Assembly (NCBI GenBank): GCA_907165135.1
Contig: OU015569.1
Location: forward strand, 7,812,001-7,876,000
Direction: 5' to 3'
DNA length: 64,000 nucleotides
DNA from: Oikopleura dioica
Lineage: Eukaryota > Animalia > Chordata
Positions 10,791 to 23,999 of this stretch are shown here, piece by piece. How positions within the stretch are numbered: position 1 is the stretch's first letter; each line of letters opens with the position of its first letter. The notes below the pieces were generated by a model. That model searched no databases and was not told where the DNA came from. It worked only from the letters and a program-made list of their open reading frames with translations. The position numbers were made by a program, and so were the translations under genes.

Positions 10791-13700
10791 TTATCCGTAA
10801 GGGTTAAAATCAGATCCAGAAGAGTCTGAGTCTTCTATCCTTCTCCTGCGTTTTTTCTTTGTACCCTTGGTCTTTTTCTGTTGAATTTTCTTTCGCGCTT
10901 TGTCCAAAATCTAAGAGGGCGATGCACAAAGAAATCGATGTCAATAATTATCACCTGAACTTGTTTTTCTTCTCCATCAGTATCACGATCGGAATCGAGG
11001 TCGTCTTTTGGCTTTTTGGAGTGGCTTTTGTTGCATTTTTGCTTCCATCTCCAACTGAGAGGTGAGCGACGCTTTGGCTTATTTTTGATGAGTATCACTT
11101 CTTAGAGTTTGTTGCCTACCTTTGGGTTTTGAGTCTTCATCAGATGAGTCGCAAATTTCATCAAAATCATACATAAGCTTTTTGAGCTTGAAGTACATCT
11201 TTACAGCCATGAGTTGGGTTTCTTCTGATTCTCCATTTCGATATTGACCCGCAAGGTATTCTATTACCTCGCGTGGCTCAAAAGTAGGCCCAGACTTTCG
11301 AGAGGCAGGCTAAATCATTTTTGAGTACGTGCAGAACTTCTTTACTCACTTTTGATTTGGACTCAACAGCAGCGGAATCATTTGAGTATGCGTCAATTTT
11401 CTTATCTGAGATCGAGAACGCTTGTTTAAAGTAAATCTTCAGCCAAAGCAGCATAAAAATTGAAAGTGCCCTGCGCAGAAAATGAAGAACTTCAGCTGAT
11501 CCTGGTAGTCGATTCTTCACACGGGCAACCGTCTCCTCGTCTTCTGGATCACAGTCTGAGTCCGAATCGTTTGCGTTCGGATTGTCGGTTTCCATACATT
11601 CAACTGGTTCCAGTTGCTGGATAAAATAATAGTATGACATTCTTGACAAGAACAAATTACCTTTTCGAAAGTATGGATAAGATCGTTTCCTGCGCCGTTG
11701 ATTTTTGTGTCTGCGTGTTTAATGATAAACAACACATCTTCGATCACTGTATGCGGAAAGTACGCAAGATTGTCCGCTTAAATGATGGTTAGTCAGCTGA
11801 AATCGAGTTGATTTCTTACCAATATACAGAAGTAAATCCATTGGTGATTTATGGTCATCGAAAATGGATAGAAGTTGGGTAATGAAGGCCTATGAAATTG
11901 TGTGCTTTGTTATTAAAAGAAACTATCATACCCGTTTATGTTTTTTCTCTTTCAGTAAAGTATACAGGTGACAGCAGGAAGCTGTTTTTCCATACTCGAG
12001 GTTCAAGTAACCTCGTGGGATCTTATCGTCGTAGATTGGGGTCTCCTCTTCGTCGTCGAATATCAGCGACCCGAACGAGATAACCCTCGCAACTTTAAAG
12101 GCTGAAAAATTCATGTCGTGTATTTCTTACGATTAGCGAAATTACCCTTTTTGAGGCCGCGAAGAGCCTCTACGTAAATAACGTTTTGACGTTTATTGAT
12201 CTCGTGCATAACGTGATCAGCAGAGGTTCGTAAAGAAGAAACTTTCGGGTCGGCAGAGGCAGCGATGAGAGTCGGCAGGAGTCCCATCGGGGCTACCAAG
12301 CCTTGATTTTGAACTTTGATGACTACAGAAAGACAGGCTTTTCTAACAATGGCTTCGGTTGAAATATAGGCGTCCTGAAATCGCGAATTAGAAATGGCTT
12401 ACTCAAGTATAACTCACTTGAATTTGCTTTAAAAAGAGCTGTATAACAGCTGAAGACTGTGAGGATCTTACATCCTCCATTTCTTTAATATTCTCCTCTT
12501 TTACTTCCTCTTTTTGTTCGCTATCCTTCTCGGAGGAAAGGTTACGGCTTCGCTCTTTTTCTTTGATCTCTTTCTCCATAAGCTGTTGTTGTTCTCGCTC
12601 GGTTATTCGACGATCTTCTTCCTTCAGATAGCTGTCGAAGTTTTGAAGGGCAACATGACGGAGCTTCTCGTTTTCGGAATTCAGCACTCCGTCATAGAGA
12701 GCCTTAAAAATGAGCCGTTATTTTGTTGTTATTTTTTTATATCTACCTTGGTCATATCCATAAGCATAAAGCTGGGTTCCTGTACCATAAGCATTCCTAA
12801 CGCGGAGAGAACGGCCATCTGAAGGTCAAGCATTTCGATGGTTACTAATGAAAGCAGTTTTTCGTATGTTTCTGCTTTTATTTTTATATCCAAGCCGGCT
12901 GATATTTCTTTCTTGTCGAAGTCGAAAGTTTTGTGCAAAAATCCAATGATTCGAATTGAGCGCAGAAAAAGACACTTCTTTGATCCAGCCATGACTTCTT
13001 CAATGTTATCACTGTCGACTACCTAAAGAATATAATAGCTGTAGCTGAATACAATAGAGTTAGCTTGCCTTCTTGACAAATGAGTAGTAGCGCTTGAAGA
13101 TGTCCCAGACGAGTTGATAACGTTTGGAAACTTTGTTCACAAGAGCACCAAGGCAAGCGATCGCGCCTTCAGCAACCACTTCGTGCGAGAACATAATTAT
13201 TTTCATTAAATCCATTTCCAGTGAACTCAGGAAATCTTTTGACGGATGCGACATGAGTGGCAAGCAGAGTTCCAGGATCTTCTCGGTTTTGGTAAGGATT
13301 TGAATATCTCTCTGAGTCGTCGGTTTTCGTGAAAGATAAGGATGTAGAATTTTCACGTAAGGTACAATGAGTGTCGGTTCTACATTTGCAATCAGCAACA
13401 TTGTTGTGAAGCAGGCAACCATCCGAGATTTCTCCTCTAGACTCTCTTCTTTAACTATATTCGACACACAATCAGCAATTTGTCGGCAACTTTCGATGGC
13501 GTCTCGCGAGAGATCAGCATTGTTGCCCTTGATCAGCCCCTTGAGCAAATCCTGTAGCCACTCAACATCTGGGCAACTCGCGACTACGTCAATCACAACT
13601 GTTACTTTTGCAGAAACTTTTGCCTTGAATTCGCGATGATCCTGGTCAACTGGAGTGAACCACAATTTTGAAAATACTTCCAAGACAAGTTTTTTTATTC

Positions 13701-16700
13701 CTTCTTCGTCGTCATTTACGCGTTTTATCATGCGGACGCAAGCGTTCGCAGTGTATGGGAAATCTTCGACTTCGAGACACAAGTCACGCAATATTTTAAT
13801 AACTCGTTTTCGAACGGATACACCAGTATCAAGAATTCGTTCAGTCAGCATCTTATAATAATGATTGGCAACTTCTGGGCGAGTGAGCACGAATTTCCCG
13901 ATCAAGTCGATTGCGGCTTCACGCACAGAAGTAGCAGTATCCTCCATTCGCGAGCGAATTGATTTGGCAATCGCCTCTTGTGAAAGGATGCCAGGATCGA
14001 CAGTAACGATTTCAGTTAGACATTTGAGAGATTTCGTGCGTACTTGAACAGCTTGTTCATTGAGCACTGAAAGGATTTGTCGCAGGTACCGATCGAAGGA
14101 CTGGTTGAATGATCTATTGGCAGATAGATAGCGAGATATAATACATATGTCATCATATGAGAGCTCGAGACCCTTTGTGGGGAAACTGGATCAGCTTATG
14201 GACATGCTCACGCCGATAGCCGATTCTTTCGAGTGATTCAACGTCTTCATCGTGTTTCATGTCTGCGATATCTCGAACCCAAGTAGCTATTGAGTAATTG
14301 AGACTGAACTCCATAGCACTGTCGATTTTGCGACCGGAATTGAGATGTTGAATAACAATTGTCTGCAGTTGTCGTGTGAGTAGATCCTTTTCTTGTTCGC
14401 CTTCGATACCGACAACGCCATGATCGACGATTTCAACTAACGGCCGAACCTCGGCCACATCTAACTGGCTAGTCAAAGCGTCTTTCCTCAATCGTGCGGC
14501 GACCACTCCCAAATACTCAAGAGACGCCGTTCGCAAGGATATTTCAACCTTTTTATTCATGAAATTGTGAACAAGCAAGCGCCCCAGAATGGATAGAATC
14601 GTCTCTGCAGCAGGCCATTCCGGCTTATTGACAGTGCTTAGCAGATCTTGAATGAAATTTTCAAAAAGCGGCCGGAAGTCTATTTCTTCTTTTCTTGAAG
14701 AAATCTTTTCAAGGAAGATTGTTAAAAACATAGAGGAAATTTGCTGTGCAAGTTCCAGAGAACTTAAAATCGGCAATTCATCAATGTCTTCATTTTCGCG
14801 TTCCGCTTGGAGCATCGTTTGTCGGTGATCAGACTCTATTGGAGATGGAATCTTTGCGACTGACTGGACAAGCTGTAAGACCAACGCTGAGAGCATTTGA
14901 ATGCATGGAATTTCATCGTCTTCATCATCCATGAGATGGCTCAAGCGATAATTTCGCAAGTTTCGCTTAGACGTAGGAAGACGAGCAAGCGAGTTCAGAA
15001 TGTCGATGACGAGATTTTGTCGATGCTGGGGATACTTAGAGAAGATGATCGTCGCGCATCTTATAGCAGAGAGCTGAATTTGCTGTATGTTCTCCACGAA
15101 GAAAGGAGAGATCGTCATTTTGGCGATTTTGTTGATGATGTGGTCCATGAGTTTAACTTTGCCAGCGAACTCGCCGATCAAGGCGAGAAGATCACAAACG
15201 CGGGTGAACAAACGCATGATCGAACCCGATCGTTGAGTAACTTTTTAGAAGAAGCTCGTTTTTGCTTGTCAGTCTTGATCTTGTAGCCTGACTGCCGGTA
15301 CACAACATCAAATTCAGGGTAGATAGAGTTTTGAAGCTGAAATCGACACAGCTCGATCACTCTATCGATGACGTTATCTGACAAAATAGATCCAGAGACT
15401 TTCGGCGCGGTGAGAACATACATAACAGAGAGACCGGCCTCGAGAGCGCAATTTATCGCCTGAAGACGTTCTTCTCGGCCAAGTCCATTGTGCTTTGGTT
15501 CCGCGTCGTCGACGACATGTAAGGCAAGTCGACAACCTCGACGCATGTTTACTTCCATTAACTGGCACATTCGTGCGAGTCTTTTCTTCTTTATGTCCCC
15601 ATAAGCGTCGATTTCTTTCAGCTTGGCGGCCTCCTTAAGGATAGACTTTAGTTTATTCTCGTCCAGAAGGAGCGCTTCTTCTTGTTCGTCATCTTCGACA
15701 TCGTTATTGACGTTCGCGTAAACTTGAAGTGCACGATCAACCAAAATTTTGAAGCGATCGGTATGAGCATGGATTTCTTCATCTGTCACTTTTTCGTGGA
15801 AAGCACGCATTAGGTCTTTGTGGCGTGACTTTTCCTTCTTTTCAGCAATCTCGCGCTGCTTTGCACGTTCCCTTCAAATATATTTAATAACTGTAATATT
15901 TATTGTTACTTATAGTTTTTGTAAAAACAAAATCACATTTTAACCTTAGACGCATGATTTTTTTTAACTAAAAGAGTGCCACATGCGGAAAATCATCAAT
16001 AGATAATATTCTAGAAATAATTATTAAGAAATCTTACTTTTTCGCCATTTTGGCTTTGATTTTTTTGACATCATCATCATCAAGCTTCTTCAGGCTTACA
16101 ACAAACGGCTTGCATTCTCTGTCCGATCTTGCCTTCGACCGGGGGAGTTCTCGGCAAACAGTGCAGGAAGCAAGAGTTTTTTTCGTTGGGTGAATGGACA
16201 CAACTTTCTGACCAATGCGTAGACTGGGAAAGCTCTTGACATGGTCGCCAGATGGGAGGGTTATACTTTTGATGGTAGACACTTGCGCTCTTGTTTTGTC
16301 ATCGAAGATGAGAGTGCACGCACTCGCATCTTCCGGCAAGTTCTCCATAATAGTCTCTTTGTGTATGCTTGTATCCATAGGCTCAGCGCTCATTCTTTGC
16401 CGTTTCAGGTCCGAGAAGGCGGATGAAATGGAAGAGTTGGATGTTTCATCCATTAATTCCTGATTATTCTGGTCATATTCTTTCCGGGCCCGTTTTTCTG
16501 CGCGGCGCTTCTCACGTCGCGCACGTCGTTCTTCTTTCGTCTCGCTCTCGTTGTCTTCGTCCCTTGATTTGTGTTTCTTGCGCTTCTCCTTCTTTTCTTT
16601 CTTAGCCAGTTTGTCATCTCGCACTTCTTTCGCTGAGCTGTGATGGGAAGATGTTTGGAATTGGGATCGCTTGCCTAGTAGTCTTGGGGCAGTCTGTACG

Positions 16701-17022
16701 ACGTTTGACAAGAGAGGAATGTTTTGAACGGCATCAAAATTGCGTTCATCATGTATAGTCGGCTTGAGTGAGAAAGAAGTTCGTACGTTATCGAGGGCAG
16801 CTTTAAGTTAACAATAGAGATCACGCTATCGTTTGAAGATTTACCTGTTAATTCGCCGACGAGCTCAGCGTCCGAGTGTTCCAGTGACTTGGAGTCGAAG
16901 AGTGGCTTTTGTTCATCTTTTTTGGAATCATTTTGACGAGGAATTGGCAGTTCCTTAGCGATGGTACTCAAACTACTGAGTCCGACGAGGCTTAAATTGT
17001 GAACACAGTTTTGGTCACTCAT
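10791..17022 (-). CDS. NIPBL: Nipped-B-like / Scc2 cohesin loader
   Basis: The N-terminus VHNLSLVGLSSLSTIAKELPIP resembles the NIPBL N-terminal MAU2-binding segment. HEAT-region motifs include WPAAETILSILGRLLV, RYLSANRSFNQSFDRYLRQIL, DTATSVREAAIDLIGKFV and RILDTGVSVRKRVIKILRDLC. Stop at 10791-10793. Two apparent 1-nt frameshifts in homopolymers. Confidence 0.93.
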
Positions 17023-17179
17023 TTCTCATTCTTAAACGAAAGACTAAATTGAAACAGTTATATAAATTTGGAATGAGAACGTAAACTGAGTAGTAAGAAG
17101 AGAACTCATTGACGGTACAACTATCTATGAGCAGGACCCGCGGGGCAGAACAACTTGGCAAATGTTTAATAACGCTCTT

Positions 17180-17374
17180 TCAGGCTACAGACATCTTTTC
17201 CGCATAATTAGGTCTTTGTGGTTTACTCGTAAAATCGACAGAGTCGTCATCTGACCACGAGTCACTGAATGTTTGGTCTTTGTATACTGCTGTAATTATT
17301 TCGCCAACTCGAAGCCGTTTGATTTCATTCGTGATTGTGCTGATAGGAGGACGCTTACGAGGGTTCTCCATCAT
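17180..17374 (-). CDS. Small orphan ORF (64 aa) just upstream of NIPBL
   Basis: ATG-initiated ORF MMENPRKRPPISTITNEIKRL... on the same strand, ~160 bp before the NIPBL ATG. No homology recognised. Confidence 0.3.
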   Translation of the reverse strand: MMENPRKRPPISTITNEIKRLRVGEIITAVYKDQTFSDSWSDDDSVDFTSKPQRPNYAEKMSVA

Positions 17375-17737
17375 GTTCGGATTTTTAAAACGAATTTAAC
17401 TTTTTATCAGTCTGAAAATATTTATATTAAATATAGGCAACACTGAAACTGTCAGAGACCAGTTTCTGGCCTTAGCGTGGGGAATCGCGGAATAATAATG
17501 ATTGATAGAAATTATTCGCCGTGAAGCTATTATCAAGTTTTATTGATTTCCATAGTTAGAGCGCGACTATTTTGATGGCAAGGTACTTTTTGGCTCCCTC
17601 TCACTTTTGCCCTTCATGCTGACCCGAGACATAATACCTCGAGACTAGAGCCTAATAACAAGTTAAGGCGATCAAAGCAAGACGTCCATAAAATATTCTA
17701 GGCTAACATCACTATCTATCCCATTTTTAGCCAGGAA

Positions 17738-18276
17738 ATGGGAGTAAAGTTTATAAAAGCGCTCAAGTAAGTGTGAACTAAACAATTCAATTTTTTAAAT
17801 GAAAATTTCTAAGTGGAAATGTTATTTACCAATGCCGAAATGAAAAATGTCTGACGCCTGTGGCGACAAACTTCGACTTGATCTCGAGAAACTTTAGGAA
17901 AAGGTCTTGAGTGAAACCAATAAACGATTGCACACTGAGATGACCCTTGAAAAGAGGACGGTCGGGGCCAGCAATTCTATTCGAGAACGTTCAAAATGTA
18001 ATAAAAGGAGCTAAAACAAAGAAACGCATGCTGACGGGAGAGCACATTGTTCAATTAGGTACCAATGATGCCCGTAGACTCTCATTACTATTTTATTTAC
18101 TCGTCTTTGTAGTTTACTGCAAGTTATGTGGGGCAGCTCTTGGATGGCATTACGACTTCACATCCGAGGGGCAAATGTATAAAGAAGGCAAGTTCGTTCT
18201 GGAAGTGGCGAATGTAAAAGCTGTCTCCGGCTCCCTTCAATCTGTACCATTCGGTCAAGTGACTTCAATAGTGTAA
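17738..18276 (+). CDS. YPEL: Yippee-family zinc-binding protein
   Basis: Spliced product is MGVKFIKALNGNVIYQCRNEKC...LISRNFRGRSGPAILFENVQN...MLTGEHIV..VYCKLCGAALGWHY...QMYKEGKFVLE, matching the Yippee consensus with two Cys pairs. Confidence 0.88.
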
Positions 18277-18329
18277 GAAAATACATATTCACTTGTAAAA
18301 ACACAAATCACGTCGCAGTCGACTTTCGT

Positions 18330-18743
18330 TTATTGCTCGGGACATGAAAGGAGCGAGTCTGGAGTTTCTGAGTCAAGTAAGGCTAGGAGTTCATCAGATA
18401 TTTCGCACTTGATACTTGGAGGACAAGAGAGCACTTTTGAGGAATTTTGGAACGAGTTGGAGTATTTCAACTGAGTAAGATGCTTTGTCGGGCAGTCGAT
18501 TTTATCTAATTTGGTCTGCTTCCTGTCTAAAACTCTGAGATCGTACCCTGATATGTTGCAAGATCCGAATCTAGGATTGACAGTCCCAATACTCGCCTTA
18601 AATTCGTTGAGTGTAATCGGCGGTTTTGGACGAGGCGGTAACGACATGCATAAATCAGGAGCACCGTGGACCCGAACGCATTTAGGGAAGGAGAATAAAT
18701 CGCTTTTTGGGTGATCCAGGTTTGCAGGAACAGGCGTTTTCAT
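18330..18743 (-). CDS. Orphan ORF (137 aa), Pro/Cys-containing
   Basis: Uninterrupted ATG-initiated ORF ~80 bp downstream of the BTB-dsRBM gene on the same strand, convergent with Yippee. No family recognised. Confidence 0.4.
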   Translation of the reverse strand: MKTPVPANLDHPKSDLFSFPKCVRVHGAPDLCMSLPPRPKPPITLNEFKASIGTVNPRFGSCNISGYDLRVLDRKQTKLDKIDCPTKHLTQLKYSNSFQNSSKVLSCPPSIKCEISDELLALLDSETPDSLLSCPEQ

Positions 18744-18821
18744 ATCGTTTTTGTTTCGTTTGCTTTCTTATCGAATTGATACAAAAGAATGAGCGTCCAC
18801 ATTCGTGTTTCCAACAAGTTA

Positions 18822-20765
18822 TCAATTCGATAATTGTTTTGTGCATTCGAGCTCTTGTCGTATTAGCTTATTTTTGATCAAATGGGGACTAACTGAAGGT
18901 TACAATTGTGTCTTTGAACCCATGCAGTTTAAAATAATAACTACTCTGAGCTTGTTTGAGCAAGTCCTTGAGCATTTGAGTGGCAGCTGCTTTGCGTGCG
19001 ATCTTTTGGTTTTTCCGTCGCTCTTTTACTTCTAGAGCTAGGTCATCAATTGTGCATTTACATGTAAATTCCTTCAAATGTTCATAGCCTCCATCGTGTG
19101 GAATATACTGATAAACTGGAGGCGCGATGTGTCGCTGGTGAAGGTACTCTTGCAACTCTGTAACAGGATGACGATTAACTTCGTGATTGTCGGACTGCCT
19201 ATGATTATCTGGCTTTCGAAGTCCATGCTCCTTCAACTGCGCTATCATCCGACGAGCAGCGTTTCCTGAGTTGCTCATTTTCATTTTCAAGTAAAAAAGT
19301 TTTCTTTGACACTTCAAATGCAATTCGAACATTAATAACGATTCGTCAGTCAATTAGCGACTGGCAAAAATGGCTTCCATTTTTGTCACCGACTTCTTTC
19401 TCCCTACACACCAAGCAAGCAAAGTCAACTTATTTAATTTCGAACCTTTGGCCTCTGCTTTCTTATTACCAGAAGCGGTACAACTCTGGCCAGTGTGTGG
19501 TAGGCGCACGTGCCACGAAAATGGAGGACATCCTTCGTTACCAGGAGTGTACTCTGGTATTGGGAGCCCATTCTTTTGCATCAACTCTTGTAAGAGGCCG
19601 ACCGGATTCAAGCACTCTTCTGGTTCTACTTCGCTCACGTCATGAGAGTGACTCTTCGACGAATCCAGTGCTCTAATTTGAGTGGGAGCGCCTGAAAAAG
19701 AATGCTTAAAGTTCCTCTTTCCAGCTTATACCTGGAGCTCTGTTAACGTTCTCGCGAAGCTGTTTCAGCATCGATGATGCTGCTCTATGCTTCGCCTCTT
19801 TCTTAGAGTTTCCCGAGGCTTCAGTACTACAAAATTTAATAAAAGAAACTTTGCTCGGAATACCTCATATCTTCGATTTGACAAACAATCGTAAACGGCG
19901 GTCCGGCTCCACCCTTAGTTTTATAAATAGGAACAGAAGCGCCCCTCTTCTGCATCATCTCCTGCAGAACAGATATAGCAGTCTTTCCCGGCGGAAGTGT
20001 CACTTCATTCTGTTTTTCGGACGCTTCTTTCACTTCCTCGTTCTGCGCGAGTGAAGTCCACTCTTTAAATCCGTCGGCAATCAAACTTGATCTTCTTTCT
20101 ACTCGCGGGTTTTTCATTGGTTTCTTCTCCCGAATCATTTTTTGAATGCGAGCTTCTTCCTCCCTCATCATCTGGTGAGCGTATTCGCTAATAAAATCCG
20201 AAACGTCGATTGCAGATGGCGCATAGGAGACGTTCTTTTCGTAGGAGCTTGGTATTTGATCGAAGACTTCTCCGCTCAGGGATCTGATATTCAAGAATTT
20301 CGTGACTTTTAGGAGCTTGAATGAGTATGAATAAAGATAAAGATAACATTTTTGTTCTACCTCAAAACTTTTTTCTGGGATAGCAATCTTCCCAGTGTAC
20401 ATAAAATCCAAAATTCTATCGATGCACCTCCTATCGAGTTCATCGGGAAGGTCAATAATTCGTCGACCATCTGCTGCTTGCATTTTGGTTGACAGAAATC
20501 GTTCTTTGAAAAAATCAGAACTGCCGGTAATCACTGCCGAATGAGCTAAGTAAATTGCTTCGTCATGAGAGTCGTAGTGTCTGATGTACACATCACAGGT
20601 GCTTTGCTTCATAAGAATAACGATGTCGCTCTTTCGAAGGGCGAGCGATGAAAGTCAGTTATCCCATTCCTTGAACTCATCTTGCGTTGTTGGGCAGCGT
20701 TGCTTGTTCAAGATGTCAAGCAAAGTATTCTTATAATTTGGAACACTGATGATTCGATCGACCAT
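18822..20765 (-). CDS. BTB/POZ domain + three double-stranded RNA-binding motifs
   Basis: BTB: YKNTLLDILNKQR...TCDVYI...AHSAVITGSSDFFKERF...IDRILDFMYTGKI. dsRBM1: TAISVLQEMMQK...SGNSKKEAKHRAASSML. dsRBM2: NPVGLLQELMQK...KKAEAKGNAARRMI. dsRBM3: HPVTELQEYLHQ...EFTCKCTI...KIARKAAATQML. The BTB and the start of dsRBM1 lie in one ORF (19836-20612). The 3' end is approximate. Confidence 0.82.
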
Positions 20766-21364
20766 CTGAACGGAACATAAAAACACGAGATCTAACTGTA
20801 CATTTAGATTCTGAACATAAATATTTTCCGTAGACATACTTCTGCGAAAAATGAAGAATTTTAGTTGAAAAAGAATAACCGAAAAGGCGGTATAAGTCAT
20901 TAAGATAAGAACTTGTACATGATAGTTCCACGATTGTATTTTCTGATATGCATATTTGAGAACTACAATTGACGATTTCAAAAATATACTCTTCAAAACT
21001 ATACATAGGGAAAAAGTTGAATTAAAACTGTAGATCTTAAGAAGCTCTAGGGAGTATGATAGCTGATTCTTTTTACGTATTGCTCGAGTAGATTATATAA
21101 TATTGTAATTTCTTCTTCTTTACTAAAGATTGATGAGGAGCTTTCAAAAGAACAGGGAACCGATATGAGGATAAATGGATAATTGCACAGGAATCATTTG
21201 TCATTTTACTAGAATAGGTTACAGGATACGCTTTGGTGGAAGAAAAACCAGGGCAATAACAAAAACTGATCAACAAAATTGAGAATTAAAGTTAATATGA
21301 CTATAAAAATAAGTAGAACAGAATGATATAGATATCATGTGGATAGTTTCTTTAAAAAATTATA

Positions 21365-22971
21365 CTATGTGTTAGTGCGGAGCTGGTAGTCTCCGTTTTG
21401 AGTGATGTATCTCACCCATGGAAGAGCTTGATAACCGGACTTTTCGATAATCTTCAGGTAACGAACTTGAATGCCGGAAACAGTAAAGTATGGAATTTCG
21501 AATTTAACCTAAAGTTTGAGAGGTTATTTGCTTATAAGCACTTTTTCATACTTGAATTGGCGGCTTTCCCTCGATCTCGTCAGACTCTACAGAAGGAAGT
21601 CCAAAGGAAGCGCGCATAAGGAACTCTTTTCCGCCCGGGAAGCTTTTTATCTGCCACGAAACAGCTGATTTTTCAGGCAACCATCTACAACTCCCCGTCG
21701 TCGTCCGGAATTTCGGCGAGTCAGCATCTGATGGGACCTACAGGAATATAGACTATATATTACATAGTTGAGATGCAACAAAACGAGCGCCAAAAAATTT
21801 AATCTGCACTCACCGGGACGATAATTTCAACGTTATTGGCTGTTGAGCGGCGTTTGAACTGCGATCGCGCTTTTACCATGATTTCTACCCTCGAATGAGC
21901 ATGCTTCTCAATATGGCTTTCTACCCAGATGAGTGGTTTAATTTGAGTCTGAAAATTTCAAAATCAAACTCCAGCTTCGTCAACTACCTGAAGACGATAC
22001 GACATCAGTTCGAACTCGCCATCTGGAGGAATAAACGATATCGTTCTGTCGTTATCGAATCGCGAAAGACGCACACATTGGTGGAATTTTACATCGTCTA
22101 GTTCAACGGACTTCTTTTTTGATCTTCCAGTCGATTCGAAGAGGATCTTATCATTGAGACCTTTTTCATTACAAATATGATTTCCGAGTAGTTTGAGTAC
22201 CTAATCGTAGTTCAGGCATTCCCGACAGATAAACGCGCATTTTAATGGCACCAACAATCTCTGAACGGAGAACATTTCCAGTCGCGGAAACTAACAGGTC
22301 GACTGACTCAATCACGTCCAAGAAGACTTCGTTTTTCCTGTATTTGATTCCCTCTGACCTCCATGACACGGCGTTCGTTACAGTTGATGGTGGCCTTACT
22401 TCGGTTACTTCTAACTTGTGGCTTTCTTGTGTAATGAATTCTTGCAAAATCTTAAAAAAATTAGGACTTAGAAAAAAACATGTTGCGGACCTTTGAATCA
22501 GTAAACTGGGGTGCCCCGTAATCCATCACTTCGTCTAGTAGCTCATAAACGATAACAAAATTATCTCTGATGGATTCCTCTTCGACGACTTTGAAATATT
22601 CGGCGAAAACTTGGCAGAGTTTGTGCATAAATGATACAATACACATCACATTGGCATTTCCTTGATCGTTGTTAGAAATTCATCTGACGTGGTTATATAC
22701 GACTTACCTTGTGTAACGGCAACAACGTAAATATTATTGCACTTGATGTGAATGAAGGTCACATCATCGTCTGTCATGACAGGAGTGAGTGTGCCCTCTT
22801 CTTCTCTATCCATTATCATTTTAGGAAACCTAGAGTTATATCTAGGGTCTCTTTATATTAAGCTAGCGCTTACTTATCAATGATGTTTAAAGGCATATCT
22901 CCCCTATAATTCCGCGAGATGAGGACTTTGCCTTTCAGGTCCAAAATGTAAATCGCCGAAGCGTGAACCAT
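21365..22971 (-). CDS. AP1M1: AP-1 adaptor complex mu subunit
   Basis: [73 protein letters not shown] and the C-terminal [20 protein letters not shown]. Confidence 0.95.
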
Positions 22972-23104
22972 TATATATCGACCCGATCTTAATTATAGTG
23001 TTATAGTTTCATAGCTATCCTCATGCCAACTCTTCGTCTGTTTGAGCAGTATTTCAATGGTTGTTTTTTGAACAGAAGGAATCGGGCAGATATGAATTCT
23101 ATAT

Positions 23105-23999
23105 TTAATTGCCTAACTTTCGAGCACCAAGCCGCATTACGCTCACCAAACCGGATAAATCGACCTTCTCAACGATACTCTTCGACTGAAATACCCATCT
23201 ATTATCATCAAGTCGAACGAAGAGGCATTTACCTTGACCTTATCTTCCTGACTAGCCACAAAAATAACACTCTGCTCGCTTGACCATCCAAATCGCTCGA
23301 TCCACTCATTCAAATCATAGTCTTTTTGGAGACCGAGGAACTCCTTCACGATATCTCGGCTGAAATCCTATTAAAATTGTTATCACTATTCTCGAACCTC
23401 AGTCGCTGAAAGCTGTGGGTGATGACACCGCAAATATGATGTCTGATAGCGTCTTCGAAGCCAGCAAACTCAGCAATCATGTCATGCTCAGTCTGTAGTG
23501 CTTCCCAGAATTTCGGGAAGTTGCATTGCTCCAAAAGCTTGTGGATTTCTTTAATGGAATTAAAGTGATTAAATCAATCAATGATATTACCCAGCGATCT
23601 TCTGATGCTCTGGTCCATGTCATCGTCGTTCAAGTTGGAAAGAAGGGCCTTGTACATGACAAAGTCGGGCTCGGGAAGAACCATCATTCCTTTCAGAAGA
23701 ACGTATAAAACAATCTATGGAGAAAACAGGTGAATGAGGTCGCACTCTCTTGATTTACCTCGTGCCGAACTGAATTCGGATAGAATTGATAAAGCTTCAG
23801 CAGCGCCATATTCGCGTCCAAGTCGTAAGTGCCTTCTCGCACTTGCTGAAGAACGTACTCTTCGAGAATAGGCTGAAAGTTGTTACCAACAGTGTGAACT
23901 CGTAATATTTACTTGATTCTCTGGATTGTAACGATTCATATCCTTGAGGCGGTCATGGATCTCCTTTGGATCAAAGGCCGAGTTGATTTCACCAGTCAT
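23105..23999 (-). CDS. EIF3K: Eukaryotic translation initiation factor 3 subunit K
   Basis: MNRYNPEN, YDLDANMALLKLYQF, LEQCNFPKFWEAL, GFEDAIRHHICGVI and the C-terminal IVEKVDL match eIF3K. Confidence 0.9.

Noticed and set aside
20655-20657. In-frame TGA between two BTB segments as selenocysteine or stop read-through
   Set aside because: A 63-nt GA-AG intron (20607-20669) removes it and gives normal BTB spacing. Read-through would insert 21 extra residues, and no SECIS was recognised.
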